Shown: piece by piece, positions 1-9,700 of the stretch
Layout of the letters: every line of letters begins with the position of its first letter
How positions within the stretch are numbered: position 1 is the stretch's first letter
Source of the DNA: Patescibacteria group bacterium
GTDB taxonomy: Bacteria > Patescibacteriota > Patescibacteriia > JBDRGY01
Direction of reading: 5' to 3'
Assembly (NCBI GenBank): GCA_043817315.1
Contig: JBDRGY010000016.1
Span: forward strand, 69,445-133,444
Length of the DNA stretch: 64,000 nt
Translations under genes and position numbers: made by a program
Notes under the pieces: model-generated
What the model was told of the DNA's origin: nothing
What the model saw: the letters and a program-made list of their open reading frames with translations, nothing else
The model's database searches: none

Positions 1-335
1 CGGACATTGGTGTCCCGGCGACAGACGAAGTCGACCACGTCCATGGCCGCCTGGTCATCGATAACTGGGTCACCGATGAAGTCGGCAGCCAGGGTAGCGG
101 CACAGACACCGTTGCGCCTGGCCTCACCACTCTGCGGATGCTCGTCCAGTGGGCCACCACCAAAACCTATGGTGATGGCACCGTCGTCGTAGGCAGCCAT
201 CAGATCGGTCAGATCTGCCGGCTTCATTGGGAAGTCCGTGAACAACCACACGACTGCCGCCTCGTCCAGGTGAGGATCATCGTGGATCTCGGCCACCACA
301 GAGCGACCGGCTATCGTCAGGTTTGTCTGGAACAT
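1..335 (-). CDS. Partial gene (5' part; runs off the window start), possible MYG1/DHH-like metal-dependent hydrolase
   Basis: Not in the ORF track. Manual minus-strand translation from ATG 335 gives MFQTNLTIAGRSVVAEIHDDPHLDEAAVVWLF...GFGGGPLDEHP...CAATLAADF, open to the edge. SD-like AAGGGGG upstream; visibly GC-richer than neighbours. Confidence 0.7.
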   Translation of the reverse strand, partial: MFQTNLTIAGRSVVAEIHDDPHLDEAAVVWLFTDFPMKPADLTDLMAAYDDGAITIGFGGGPLDEHPQSGEARRNGVCAATLAADFIGDPVIDDQAAMDVVDFVCRRDTNV

Positions 336-474
336 TCCGTCGTCCCCCTTCTAAACAGGGTATGGTATGACACTAACCAACTTGCCAAAGAACGTACTAA
401 TTCAGGCGATAATGCCTCCTTGTGTTTTTAGTCTTTCAGTGACTACAGTTTCGTCAAAACACAGAACATGCAAT

Positions 475-524
475 CCTATCACAAAATCATAGTTCTGTCA
501 ATAGTTAATATCCACTGCTATAAT
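475..524. promoter_or_regulatory. Divergent sigma70 promoters for the 1-335 gene (minus) and uvrC (plus)
   Basis: Minus strand TTGACA-17-TAGGAT. Plus strand extended -10 TGcTATAAT (TATAAT 519-524), 6 nt before ATG 531. Confidence 0.6.
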
Positions 525-530
525 ACCAAT

Positions 531-2276
531 ATGCTCAAAAATGCCCAAAAACTGCCCCAAAAACCCGGTGTTTATCTCTATAAAAATAAGGATAAGCAAG
601 TGATATACGTGGGTAAAGCCAAGAATCTACGCAATCGGGTTAAGTCATATTTTCTCAAATCAGCTGATCTGGCTGCTGATAAAAAGCTGATGGTCGAGGA
701 GATCAAAAAGATAGATTACGTGGTTGTTGACAATGAACTGGAAGCTATCTACCTGGAATCCAATTTGATAAAAAAATATCATCCCAAATACAATATTATC
801 TTGCGTGACGATAAATTCTTCGTCTATATTAAAATTCCCAAAGAAGAATATCCCCGCGTTTTATTAACCCGCCGCCTTACCAAAGACAAGGCTCAATACT
901 TCGGTCCCTATCTGTCAGCCAAGCAGGCCAAACGAGTCATCTTCTCTTTACGCAAAATCTTCCCCCATCGCATCTGTAATGTGTTGCCTAAATCAGTCTG
1001 CCTAGAACATCATTTGGGCCATTGCAATGCCCCCTGTATCAAGGCCGTAACCAAGGTTGAATACAATGCAGTGGTTGATAATATCATTAACTTTTTGCGG
1101 GGGCGGTATTCTCCTGTTCTTAAACGTTTGAACAACCAGATGAAAACTTATTCCCAGGCCCAGCAGTATGAAAAAGCAGCCAAGCTGCGTGATCAAGTCG
1201 TGGCCCTGGAAATCATCATTGAAAAACAAAAGATAATATCTCCCCAACAGGAGAATCAAGATGTGATTAGCCTAACTAAAGAAAAGGACTGGGGGGTAAT
1301 TAATCTACTTCAAGTCCGATCGGGAAAACTCATTGATAGTCAAAATTTTATGCTGGACCATTTGGGTCAAAGTGCTAACTCTGAAATTTTAACTTCATTT
1401 GCCAAACAATATTACGCCAATACCGTGGATCATCCCCAGGAGATTGTCGTGGCTCAGCCGGTTGACCAAGTTGAAGTTAATAAGTTGACCAAAGCCAAGG
1501 TTATGGTGACTCAAAAAGGGAGAAAGAAACAGCTAATAAACCTGAGTCAACAGAACTCCAAAGAGTGGCTGCTTAAAAAAGACACTTTTGTCCGCAAAAG
1601 AGAACAAGCGGCCCGGTCAGCACTCAAAGAACTATCCGTCAAATTAAAGATAAAGATTCCGGGGCGCATTGAAGCCTATGACATAGCCAACATTCAAGGG
1701 CAAAATGCTACCGGCTCCATGGTAGTCTTTTGCGACGGTCAAGCGGACAAATCACAATACCGAAAATTCGCCATTAAAACTTTCGATACGGCCAATGACC
1801 CCGGCATGATTAAGGAAGTGCTGACCCGCCGCTTTGCTAAAAAGCACGGTTGGCCCAATCCTCAGCTAATCCTGATTGATGGTGGTAAGCCTCAGCTTAA
1901 TGCTGCCTTGGCAGCTCTAAAAGAAGCCCAAAAGAAAATTCCGATAATCGCTTTGGCCAAAAGACTGGAAGAAGTCTATCTCCCCCTAACCCCCAAACCA
2001 TATATTCTACCCCCAAATTCCCCGGCCCTTTATCTTATCCAAAGGATCAGGGATGAGGCCCACCGTTTTGCCACTGGTTTCTATCAGCAGAAACACCTCA
2101 AGAGAATTATCAGATCGAAGATGGAAGATATTGAAGGATTGGGACCCAAAAGAAGGAAATTACTTAAATCACAATTTGGCTCCCTGAAAAATATTAAACA
2201 GTCTGACCTGCCGGAATTAACCAAACTGGTCGGTCAAAAAACTGCCCGGAATATCATTAAATACCTGGGTAATTGA
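531..2276 (+). CDS. uvrC: Excinuclease ABC subunit C
   Basis: GIY-YIG N-terminus (PGVYLY...YVGKAKNLRNRV), UVR motif, RIEAYDIAN, LIDGGKPQL, RDEAHRFA, HhH. Start moved from 468 to ATG 531. Confidence 0.96.
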   Translation: MLKNAQKLPQKPGVYLYKNKDKQVIYVGKAKNLRNRVKSYFLKSADLAADKKLMVEEIKKIDYVVVDNELEAIYLESNLIKKYHPKYNIILRDDKFFVYIKIPKEEYPRVLLTRRLTKDKAQYFGPYLSAKQAKRVIFSLRKIFPHRICNVLPKSVCLEHHLGHCNAPCIKAVTKVEYNAVVDNIINFLRGRYSPVLKRLNNQMKTYSQAQQYEKAAKLRDQVVALEIIIEKQKIISPQQENQDVISLTKEKDWGVINLLQVRSGKLIDSQNFMLDHLGQSANSEILTSFAKQYYANTVDHPQEIVVAQPVDQVEVNKLTKAKVMVTQKGRKKQLINLSQQNSKEWLLKKDTFVRKREQAARSALKELSVKLKIKIPGRIEAYDIANIQGQNATGSMVVFCDGQADKSQYRKFAIKTFDTANDPGMIKEVLTRRFAKKHGWPNPQLILIDGGKPQLNAALAALKEAQKKIPIIALAKRLEEVYLPLTPKPYILPPNSPALYLIQRIRDEAHRFATGFYQQKHLKRIIRSKMEDIEGLGPKRRKLLKSQFGSLKNIKQSDLPELTKLVGQKTARNIIKYLGN

Positions 2277-2301
2277 CATTTTAACTGCCCTGTGCTATCC
2301 T
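2273..2301 (+). promoter_or_regulatory. sigma70 promoter for secG operon
   Basis: TTGACA (overlapping the uvrC stop) -17 nt- TATCCT with extended TG. Confidence 0.65.
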
Positions 2302-2331
2302 GAATACACTTGATTTATACTTTGTTTCAAT

Positions 2332-2556
2332 ATGCAACAATACCTCTACATTGGACAGATAATTGTATCTGCCCTCTTGATCACAATGATTGTGCTGCAA
2401 AATAAAGGCGCCTCGATTGGCGGTCTTTTTGGCGGCGGAGGCGAAGGCAATGTGTATCGCACCAAAAGAGGAGCCGAAAAAATACTTTCAATTTCTACGG
2501 TAGTTTTAGCGATAATTTTTATGGGGCTGGGGTTAGTAAATATTCTAGTCTATTAA
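2332..2556 (+). CDS. secG: Preprotein translocase subunit SecG
   Basis: Two TM helices, LQNKG...GGLFGG, RTKRGAEK. Confidence 0.93.
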   Translation: MQQYLYIGQIIVSALLITMIVLQNKGASIGGLFGGGGEGNVYRTKRGAEKILSISTVVLAIIFMGLGLVNILVY

Positions 2557-2570
2557 ACTAAATAACTGAA

Positions 2571-4382
2571 GTGAACTTGTTTAGGAAGAAGACCTCTTCT
2601 AAAAATTCTAATAACGGCAACCTGAAAAATCGCCTGGTTCAACAAACCAATTTGGACAAGGAGCTGGTTTTCTCGTTGGCCAAAGGGCGTTGGCCCTCTT
2701 GGGGACAGATGAAATTCATTCCTCAATACCTTTCCGGGCTAGAAAAGCAGGTTGTAAGAATCACCGGCCTGGTTGTTGTCCTGGCTGTAATCGCTTTTGG
2801 AATCAGTATCTACCGACAACACGTCACCACAGTGGCTAAAGAGGGCGGCCAATACGTAGAAGGATTAATCGGGGCTCCTCAATTTATCAATCCCATCCTA
2901 GCCCAGGTTAATGATGTTGATATGGATATCAGCCGACTGGTTTTTTCTGGCCTATTGAAAAATGACGCCAATCAGGAATTGGTTCCGGATCTAGCAGAAC
3001 GTTTCGAAATCAGCCAAGATCAAAAAACATTCACTTTTTATTTACGTCAGAACGTCAAATGGCATGACGGGGTAGATTTTACAGTAGACGATGTCATTTT
3101 TACTCTACAAGCTATTCAAGATACAGAATACAACAGTCCCCTGATAACTAGTTTCGCAGGGGTGGGCATCGAGAGAGTAGATGATCACACTCTTACCCTT
3201 ATTCTGGATGAGCCCTTTGCTCCTTTTCTGTCCAGCTTAACTTTTGGCATCCTACCTGTGCACGTCTGGAACGAAATACCGCCCATGAACATCCAATTTA
3301 CGGAATACAATAAGAAGCCAACCGGTACCGGTCCCTATAAGTTCCAGCAGCTGGCTCGCGGCGCCCAGGGCAACATCAAGTCCTACACTTTATCCCGGAA
3401 CGAAGATTTCTATGACCAAAAACCGTATATTGAGGAAATCGTCTTTCGTTTTTATCCTGATTTCGAATCGGCGGTTGGCGCCTGGAACAATAACCGGGTA
3501 GAAGGCATTAGTTATCTGCCTCTTGAGATCAAATCTCTGATAAAAAAGGAAGATAATCTCAACTTCCACTCCATGCGCTTGCCCCAGTATACTGCTATTT
3601 TCTTTAATCAAAAAAATAATACTCTATTACAATCATTCGAGATACGAGAAGCCATGGCTCTGGCCATTGATAAGGCCAAAATCGTTAGTGAAGCTTTGGG
3701 CAATGAAGGAGAAATTATTCACGGACCAATTCTTCCTGGATTTGCCGGTTATCATTCTGATATCAAAAAATACGAATTTGACCCCATTAGGGCTCAAGAA
3801 ATTTTAGACGAAGAAGGATGGGAGTTAGTTGAAGAAAACGGGGAAAGGATTCGCCGAAAGGATGATTCCATCCTGGAGTTTGTACTGACAGTGGTCAATC
3901 AGCCAGAACAGATGAAGGCTGCCGAGGTATTAAAATCACTCTGGGAGAAAATCGGCATCAAAATTGAGATTCACTTAATGAACAACCAAATCGTAGAAAA
4001 TGAGGTGCTAAAACCACGTAACTACCAAATACTGTTGTTCGGCGAAATCGTGGGCATGGACCCTGATCCCTATCCTTTCTGGCATTCCACTCAAGTGGAA
4101 CATCCCGGGCTTAATCTGGCCCAGTTCAAAAACAAAGATGCTGATAAGTTGCTTGAGGAGGCTCGCAAATCTTCGGTTGTCGATGAACGCACCGCAAAAT
4201 ATAAAGAGTTCCAAGACATTCTAGCCGATGAACTCCCTGCCATTTTCCTCTATAATCCATTTTATACCTATAGTGTCTCCCAGAAAGTTAAAGGCATAGA
4301 ATCAATCTATATTACGACACCATCTGATCGTTTTACCAATATTCAAAACTGGTATATCAAAACCAGGAGGGTGTGGCAATAA
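2571..4382 (+). CDS. Membrane-anchored peptide ABC transporter substrate-binding protein (family 5)
   Basis: PDLAE, KWHDG.FTVDDV.FT, GTGPYKF; one TM anchor. Confidence 0.9.
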   Translation: MNLFRKKTSSKNSNNGNLKNRLVQQTNLDKELVFSLAKGRWPSWGQMKFIPQYLSGLEKQVVRITGLVVVLAVIAFGISIYRQHVTTVAKEGGQYVEGLIGAPQFINPILAQVNDVDMDISRLVFSGLLKNDANQELVPDLAERFEISQDQKTFTFYLRQNVKWHDGVDFTVDDVIFTLQAIQDTEYNSPLITSFAGVGIERVDDHTLTLILDEPFAPFLSSLTFGILPVHVWNEIPPMNIQFTEYNKKPTGTGPYKFQQLARGAQGNIKSYTLSRNEDFYDQKPYIEEIVFRFYPDFESAVGAWNNNRVEGISYLPLEIKSLIKKEDNLNFHSMRLPQYTAIFFNQKNNTLLQSFEIREAMALAIDKAKIVSEALGNEGEIIHGPILPGFAGYHSDIKKYEFDPIRAQEILDEEGWELVEENGERIRRKDDSILEFVLTVVNQPEQMKAAEVLKSLWEKIGIKIEIHLMNNQIVENEVLKPRNYQILLFGEIVGMDPDPYPFWHSTQVEHPGLNLAQFKNKDADKLLEEARKSSVVDERTAKYKEFQDILADELPAIFLYNPFYTYSVSQKVKGIESIYITTPSDRFTNIQNWYIKTRRVWQ

Positions 4383-4456
4383 GAATAAACTAATCACCAA
4401 AGAACTCTGGACCAAGAACTAATAGTTTTGTTCTTGGTTCAAAGTAAGTTATATTC

Positions 4457-4480
4457 GCCAGAGTGGTGGAACTGGTAGAC
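4457..4480 (+). pseudogene. 5' fragment of a tRNA-Leu-like gene (acceptor 5' strand and D arm)
   Basis: GCCAGAGTGGTGGAACTGGTAGAC is nearly identical to the 5' end of the intact tRNA-Leu at 4527; truncated by a GC hairpin. Confidence 0.75.
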
Positions 4481-4647
4481 CCCGTCATAAGGACGGGGCA
4501 GGCAGGCAGCAATTCAATTTAAACGAGCTGGAGTGGCGGAACTGGTAGACGCGCACGGTTCAGGTCCGTGTGCCCAATGGGGCGTGGAGGTTCGAGTCCT
4601 CTCTCCAGCATTACAAAAATATGTCCTTGCCCCGCCGTATGGTGGGG
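4480..4647. repeat. Pair of inverted hairpin elements flanking tRNA-Leu (4480-4502 and 4625-4647)
   Basis: CCCCGTCATAAGGACGGGGCAGG versus the reverse complement of the second copy, CCCCACCATACGGCGGGGCAAGG. Confidence 0.7.
4527..4610 (+). tRNA. tRNA-Leu(CAG)
   Basis: Acceptor GCTGGAG/CTCCAGC, D loop GGAACTGGTAGAC, anticodon stem CACGG-TTCAGGT-CCGTG, long variable arm, GGTTCGAGTCC; CCA not encoded. Confidence 0.96.
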
Positions 4648-4662
4648 TCCCCTCTGGCACCA
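4648..4662 (+). pseudogene. 3' tRNA fragment (acceptor 3' strand, discriminator A, CCA)
   Basis: CTCTGGC-A-CCA; CTCTGGC is perfectly complementary to GCCAGAG at 4457. Confidence 0.65.
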
Positions 4663-4766
4663 ATATTTGTATCGTGTAATACGTAATGGTTAACGAGAAT
4701 ACCCGTTCCGCGTTACACATTTCCCGTTACTCATTACTTATTAATTACTAATTATTTTATAAAATT

Positions 4767-6485
4767 ATGACAGCTAAACAAGCAAGCTCGAGGAGAACAA
4801 CCGCTAAGAAAAAAAGGTTCGATAAAACTAAATTGAAAATTATTTTCTTGGGCGGTTTAGAAGAAGTCGGCCGTAATATGATGCTGATGGAATACGGATC
4901 GGACATTATTATTATTGATATGGGTTTGCAATTTCCTGAAGAAGACATGCCCGGCATCGACTACATTATCCCTGATATATCATACCTCAAGGGCAAAGAA
5001 AGCTGGATTAGGGGAGTTATTATCACCCATGGCCATTATGATCATATCGGTGGTATTCCTCACTTACTGCCCAGATTGGGCATGCCCCCAATCTATACAG
5101 GCCGCCTCAGCCGGGCCATCATTGAAAAAAGGCAGACCGACTACAACCATTCCAAGAAAATTAAGATAAACACGGTTAACCAAAATGATACTTTGAAATT
5201 AGGCATCTTCAAAGTCGGCTTCTTCCATGTTAATCACAATATCCCCGACTGCTTGGGGGTTTATATCGATACTCCAGTGGGGAGATTCCTGCATACCGGT
5301 GATTTTAAATTTGACCACAGCCCGGTTAATGACCCGCCAGCTGATATCGCCCAAATCGCTAAAATCTGCGAGGGGGGAATCGTAGCCGCCATGGTAGACA
5401 GCACCAACGCCGATCAAGAGGGCAATTCCATTTCCGAAAAAACTATCTTTGATACTTTAGATGGCATATTTGATAAGGCAGACGGCCGCATTATTGCCGC
5501 CACTTTTTCTTCCTTGCTATCACGTATCCAACAGATTTTTACCCTTTCGGAGAAATACGGCCGCAAAGTAATAGTAGAAGGTTATAGCATGAAGACCAAT
5601 GTGGAAATTGCCATCAAGTTAGGCTATCTTAAGGTCGCTAAGAACACCCTGATTTCCATCAAACAGTTGAGAGACTACCCCAATGATAAAATCACCATCA
5701 TGTGTACTGGAGCCCAGGGTGAAGACAACGCAGTGCTGATGAGAATTGCCAACAAGGAGCATCGTCAAATCAGAGTGGATAATGGGGATACCATTATTTT
5801 CTCTTCTTCGGTGGTTCCTGGTAACGAAAGATCAGTTCAGGGGCTAAAAGACGTTTTGTTCAAACAAGGTGCTAAAGTAATTCACTACAAGATGATGGAT
5901 GTTCACACCGGTGGACACGCCAGGCAGGAAGATTTGAAAATGATGTTCCGCTTGATCAACCCCAAATACTACATGCCCATAGAGGGCAACTACTTTATGC
6001 TAAAGATCCACGCCGATCTGATTGCCAGCCTGGGCATGCCTCCAGAGAATATCTTTGTGGCTGAAAACGGCCAAGTGGTTGAAGTCGATAAACAAAAAGC
6101 AGTGCTCACTAAAAAGAAAGTTCCCACTGACTACGTCATGGTCGACGGTCTGGGTGTAGGTGATGTCGGTCATGTTGTTCTTAGAGACCGCCAGATGATG
6201 GCCGCTGATGGTATGTTTGTGGTCATTGCCGTTATCGATAAAAAGAGGGGCGGACTAGCTCGCGATGTGGACGTTATCTCGCGGGGCTTTGTCTATATGA
6301 AGGGCTCTGATCAGTTAATCCAGGAAGCCAAGAAAAAGGCTCGTGAGATTATCAACAGGCACGCTCACGGAGAAGCGCCTAATTGGACCTACATCAGAAA
6401 CCGTCTTAGAGACGATATCGGCCAGTTTCTTTTCAAAAAAACGCAGCGTCGACCCATGGTACTGCCGGTAGTTACCGAGATATAA
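4767..6485 (+). CDS. rnj: Ribonuclease J
   Basis: FLGGLEEVGRNM, THGHYDHIGG metallo-beta-lactamase motif, HTGDFK, HTGGHA, C-terminal RRPMVLPV. Confidence 0.96.
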   Translation: MTAKQASSRRTTAKKKRFDKTKLKIIFLGGLEEVGRNMMLMEYGSDIIIIDMGLQFPEEDMPGIDYIIPDISYLKGKESWIRGVIITHGHYDHIGGIPHLLPRLGMPPIYTGRLSRAIIEKRQTDYNHSKKIKINTVNQNDTLKLGIFKVGFFHVNHNIPDCLGVYIDTPVGRFLHTGDFKFDHSPVNDPPADIAQIAKICEGGIVAAMVDSTNADQEGNSISEKTIFDTLDGIFDKADGRIIAATFSSLLSRIQQIFTLSEKYGRKVIVEGYSMKTNVEIAIKLGYLKVAKNTLISIKQLRDYPNDKITIMCTGAQGEDNAVLMRIANKEHRQIRVDNGDTIIFSSSVVPGNERSVQGLKDVLFKQGAKVIHYKMMDVHTGGHARQEDLKMMFRLINPKYYMPIEGNYFMLKIHADLIASLGMPPENIFVAENGQVVEVDKQKAVLTKKKVPTDYVMVDGLGVGDVGHVVLRDRQMMAADGMFVVIAVIDKKRGGLARDVDVISRGFVYMKGSDQLIQEAKKKAREIINRHAHGEAPNWTYIRNRLRDDIGQFLFKKTQRRPMVLPVVTEI

Positions 6486-6514
6486 ATACTTTCTTTCAGG
6501 CCGCCTGGGGGGGG

Positions 6515-6543
6515 TTGACTATTTGCTATTTTTGCGCTATAAT
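6515..6543 (+). promoter_or_regulatory. sigma70 promoter of surface protein 1
   Basis: TTGACT-17-TATAAT. Confidence 0.8.
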
Positions 6544-6655
6544 ATATATAGTGATAGGTAGAATAATTAACTTAAATTTTTTGTTTTACCGGGAAGCCAA
6601 AACAAAAATAGAATTACCTATTTTTGGGGCTTGTTTTCAGAATATTAAATATAAT

Positions 6656-6678
6656 GACCGTCTGGGACGGTCTTTTTT
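6656..6678 (+). terminator. Terminator-like hairpin within the 5' leader
   Basis: GACCGTC-TGG-GACGGTC followed by T6, between the promoter and ATG 6726. Confidence 0.55.
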
Positions 6679-6725
6679 ATATATAAATTAAGGTAATATT
6701 AGTTATTAATTAAAGGAGAAAAGCT

Positions 6726-9700
6726 ATGAAGAAACTAAAGAAGACCAAAATAATAGTCAGTACTTTGACTGTTTTGGCTTTAGTGGTCCCTTTGGCTATG
6801 GGTAATTCCATCCAAACCGCCCAAGCGGGGGACGACAGTCGCATTTCAGCTGTAGCTGTGGCTACTGGTTATTCTAAGACGGCCGGCGCCACCACCAGCT
6901 ATACTGTCACTTTCACCGTGCCGTCTGGACATCCAATTAATGTCGGTACCAGCGTCAGTCTGCGTTTTCAGGGATCAGGTTGTCCCTGGGACATTGACTG
7001 GATGCAATGCCAATTTGATTTAGAAAATGCCACTGTTGCTACCGGCAGTTTCACCATTGCCGATCAGTGGTCAGAGGGCAGCGAAGGTATTGGTTTTGCA
7101 GCCAACGCCAAGTTGTCAGCAGGCAGCTACACTGTCACAATCAGTAATGTAGGAAACCCGGCGGTAATCGGAGGACTTTACCAGATCTTTGGCTCGACTC
7201 GAGTCCAAGACGATCCACCCGAAGAAGGAGTAGAACAACCAATGACTCCATCCAACGCTCTGTTGCTGGGCAATGTGATAGTGACCGGTACCGTCTATGA
7301 TACTGATGGCACTACTCCCATGCAGAACGTCTGGGTGCAGCTACACTCTAATGATTGGAGTGTCGATTTTGGCAGCAATACCAACTCCAACGGTCAATAC
7401 GCCTTAATTGGTGCATTGGCTAACGGTACCTATACCATGGAAGCCCATGCCCCCTGGGAAAACACTGATGTCCTCTCGCCTGATCCAAAAACTGTTAACT
7501 ATAGCGGCACTACTTTAACCAGTAACTTCGCCATGATTGCCCCGGTCAAGACTATCAAAGCATATGTAAAGTATAATAACGGTGTTCCCTGCACCTCAGC
7601 CCGGGTAAATGCCAACAAAAGAGACGGTGGTGGTGGCTCAGGAGCAAGAGTTGATGCTAACGGTCTAGCTCAATTCAGCGTCTCCGGCGGCAACTGGGAA
7701 TTAAGACCAGAATGCGGCTGGGATCCGGAAAACAACCAACCGTTAAATTGTAACTGGGCCTTCAACCAACCAGGACAACAGGTCAGTTTCACTAATGACA
7801 GCTCTACAGAAACCAAAACTGTCAATCTGACTGTTCAACAAACCAACGCCAAAATAAAAGGAACCGTTAAGCTGCCCAATGGCACTTTGCTTTCCAACGG
7901 ATTTGTTGATATCAGATCGGGCGGACCAGACGGCGGTGGTGGTAACGGCAGCGGTCTCTGGAACGGTGCATTCGATGCTAACGTCATGGCTGGTAATTAT
8001 AAAGTATCTGTCCATCCTGACGACCAAAATCCTGATCTGGCCAGATATTATTCTGATGAGGTGGATGTCAATGTGGGAGTAGGAGAAACGAAAACTCTCA
8101 ATATCACCATGAAACAAAAGACTTCAAAGATCACCGGTACGGTTAAGAACAAAACTACCGGAGCCGGTGTAGAAGGAGTCTGGCTGAATACTTGGAAAAG
8201 AGAGGGTCAAGGTTGGTCCAATACTCAAAGTGGTGCCAATGGCGCTTTCACCTTCTGGGTATCAGCTGGTGATTGGGAGTTTAATGTTGACACTCATCGC
8301 CGCGACGAAAATCAAGCCACCACCTATATTCCCGCTGACAGTAAAATGCACAGCGTGTCTGTCGGTAACAATGAAACAGTCTCCGGCATGGTCATCAACG
8401 TCCAAGAGGCTGATGCCAACATCAGCGTCAAAGCTGTTGATAAAAATGGTGCCGCCATTACCGAAGATACCTGGGGCTGGGCCTTCTGTCGCAAAAAAGG
8501 CCAAGGCTGGGGCCCTGGTAATGAATTTGGTTCCGGCATGCAGCAAGGAACAGCCAATATTCCTCTAATCGGTGGCTTTACCTACATCTGTGGTATGCAC
8601 AACCCTCCAGATAGTCCTTTTCTTCTAGAAGAGGATAAAGAAGTAACTGTGGCCGCTGGCCAAACAGCTCAAGTCAATCTTACCCTCTTGGAACCAGATT
8701 CAGCCATCATCGGTTGGGTCAAAGACCAACAGGGAAATATAGTAAAAAATATGGGTAACCAGGCTGAAGTGTTTGCGGTGGAAGCTGGCGGAAACTGGGA
8801 ATGGCGACCAGGTAGGCTAAATGATGACGGCAGTTACGAAGTAAATCTCCTGGGTGGCCCTGACAAAATATATATGGTCGGCTTTCGCGTCTGGGGCATG
8901 GAGAAGGGTGAATCGGAATTTGTGGAAACCCATCCTGAACCCGATGACTCAATCAGGGTGCCGGCTAATTCTGAAGTAACCAAGATCATTACTGCCTTTA
9001 GGGCCGACACCTACATCTCCGGTCAAGTGCTAGATCCTAGCGGTAACCCCATGGGTAACGTCTGGGTAGGCGCTGATAACCACCAAGCTATGGAAGGTAA
9101 GATCAAGGGTGATTTTGAAGGCGGTAAAGTGTTCAATACTGGGACTGGAACCAGGCCAGATGGCACCTTTAAGCTCAATATCGTCTCTGGCACTTTTAAT
9201 CTGTATTCCGGTACGCCCCCAGAATTCCAGAATGACTTCATGTCCCCCAGAGAAAGACAAGTTACTGTGACCTCTGCCTCCCCGGCCGAAGGAATCGTTA
9301 TGCAATATCGACAGGCTGACGCCTTTATCACGGCTGCGGCCACTCTGCCTAGTGGTTCTTCTCCGATGTTCGGTTGGTGCCATGCTTGGAATCCGGAAGG
9401 CGGTCATTCCGGCCGAGACATCTTTGACGGCCAACCCGCCAGAATTCCTCTAACTGCTGGCACTTGGTTTGTCGGCTGCGACACTATGGATCCGGAAACC
9501 AACAAATTCTACCGCTCCGAAGAACAAAGAGTCTCTGTAGCAACTGGCGATGACAAGTCATTGTCTTTCAGCATGACCGAAGAATCATATACAATTCCTG
9601 AGCCGTTCAGCCAAACCTTTACTGCTTCTCAGCTCAACGTCTTCACCTTGCCTGACGGTACTACTGTCACTCTGCCGGCCAATGCCGCTGGCAGCGAAGA

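Noticed and set aside
7-431. Plus-strand ORFs 7-192 and 138-431
   Set aside because: Shadows of the minus-strand gene starting at 335, which has an SD, a promoter and protein-like motifs.
4457-4662. Intron-containing tRNA or tmRNA interpretation
   Set aside because: Removing the insert does not restore anticodon and T arms; no G3:U70 pair, tag ORF or group I core is visible.
4514-4720. 68-aa minus-strand ORF
   Set aside because: Antisense to tRNA-Leu.
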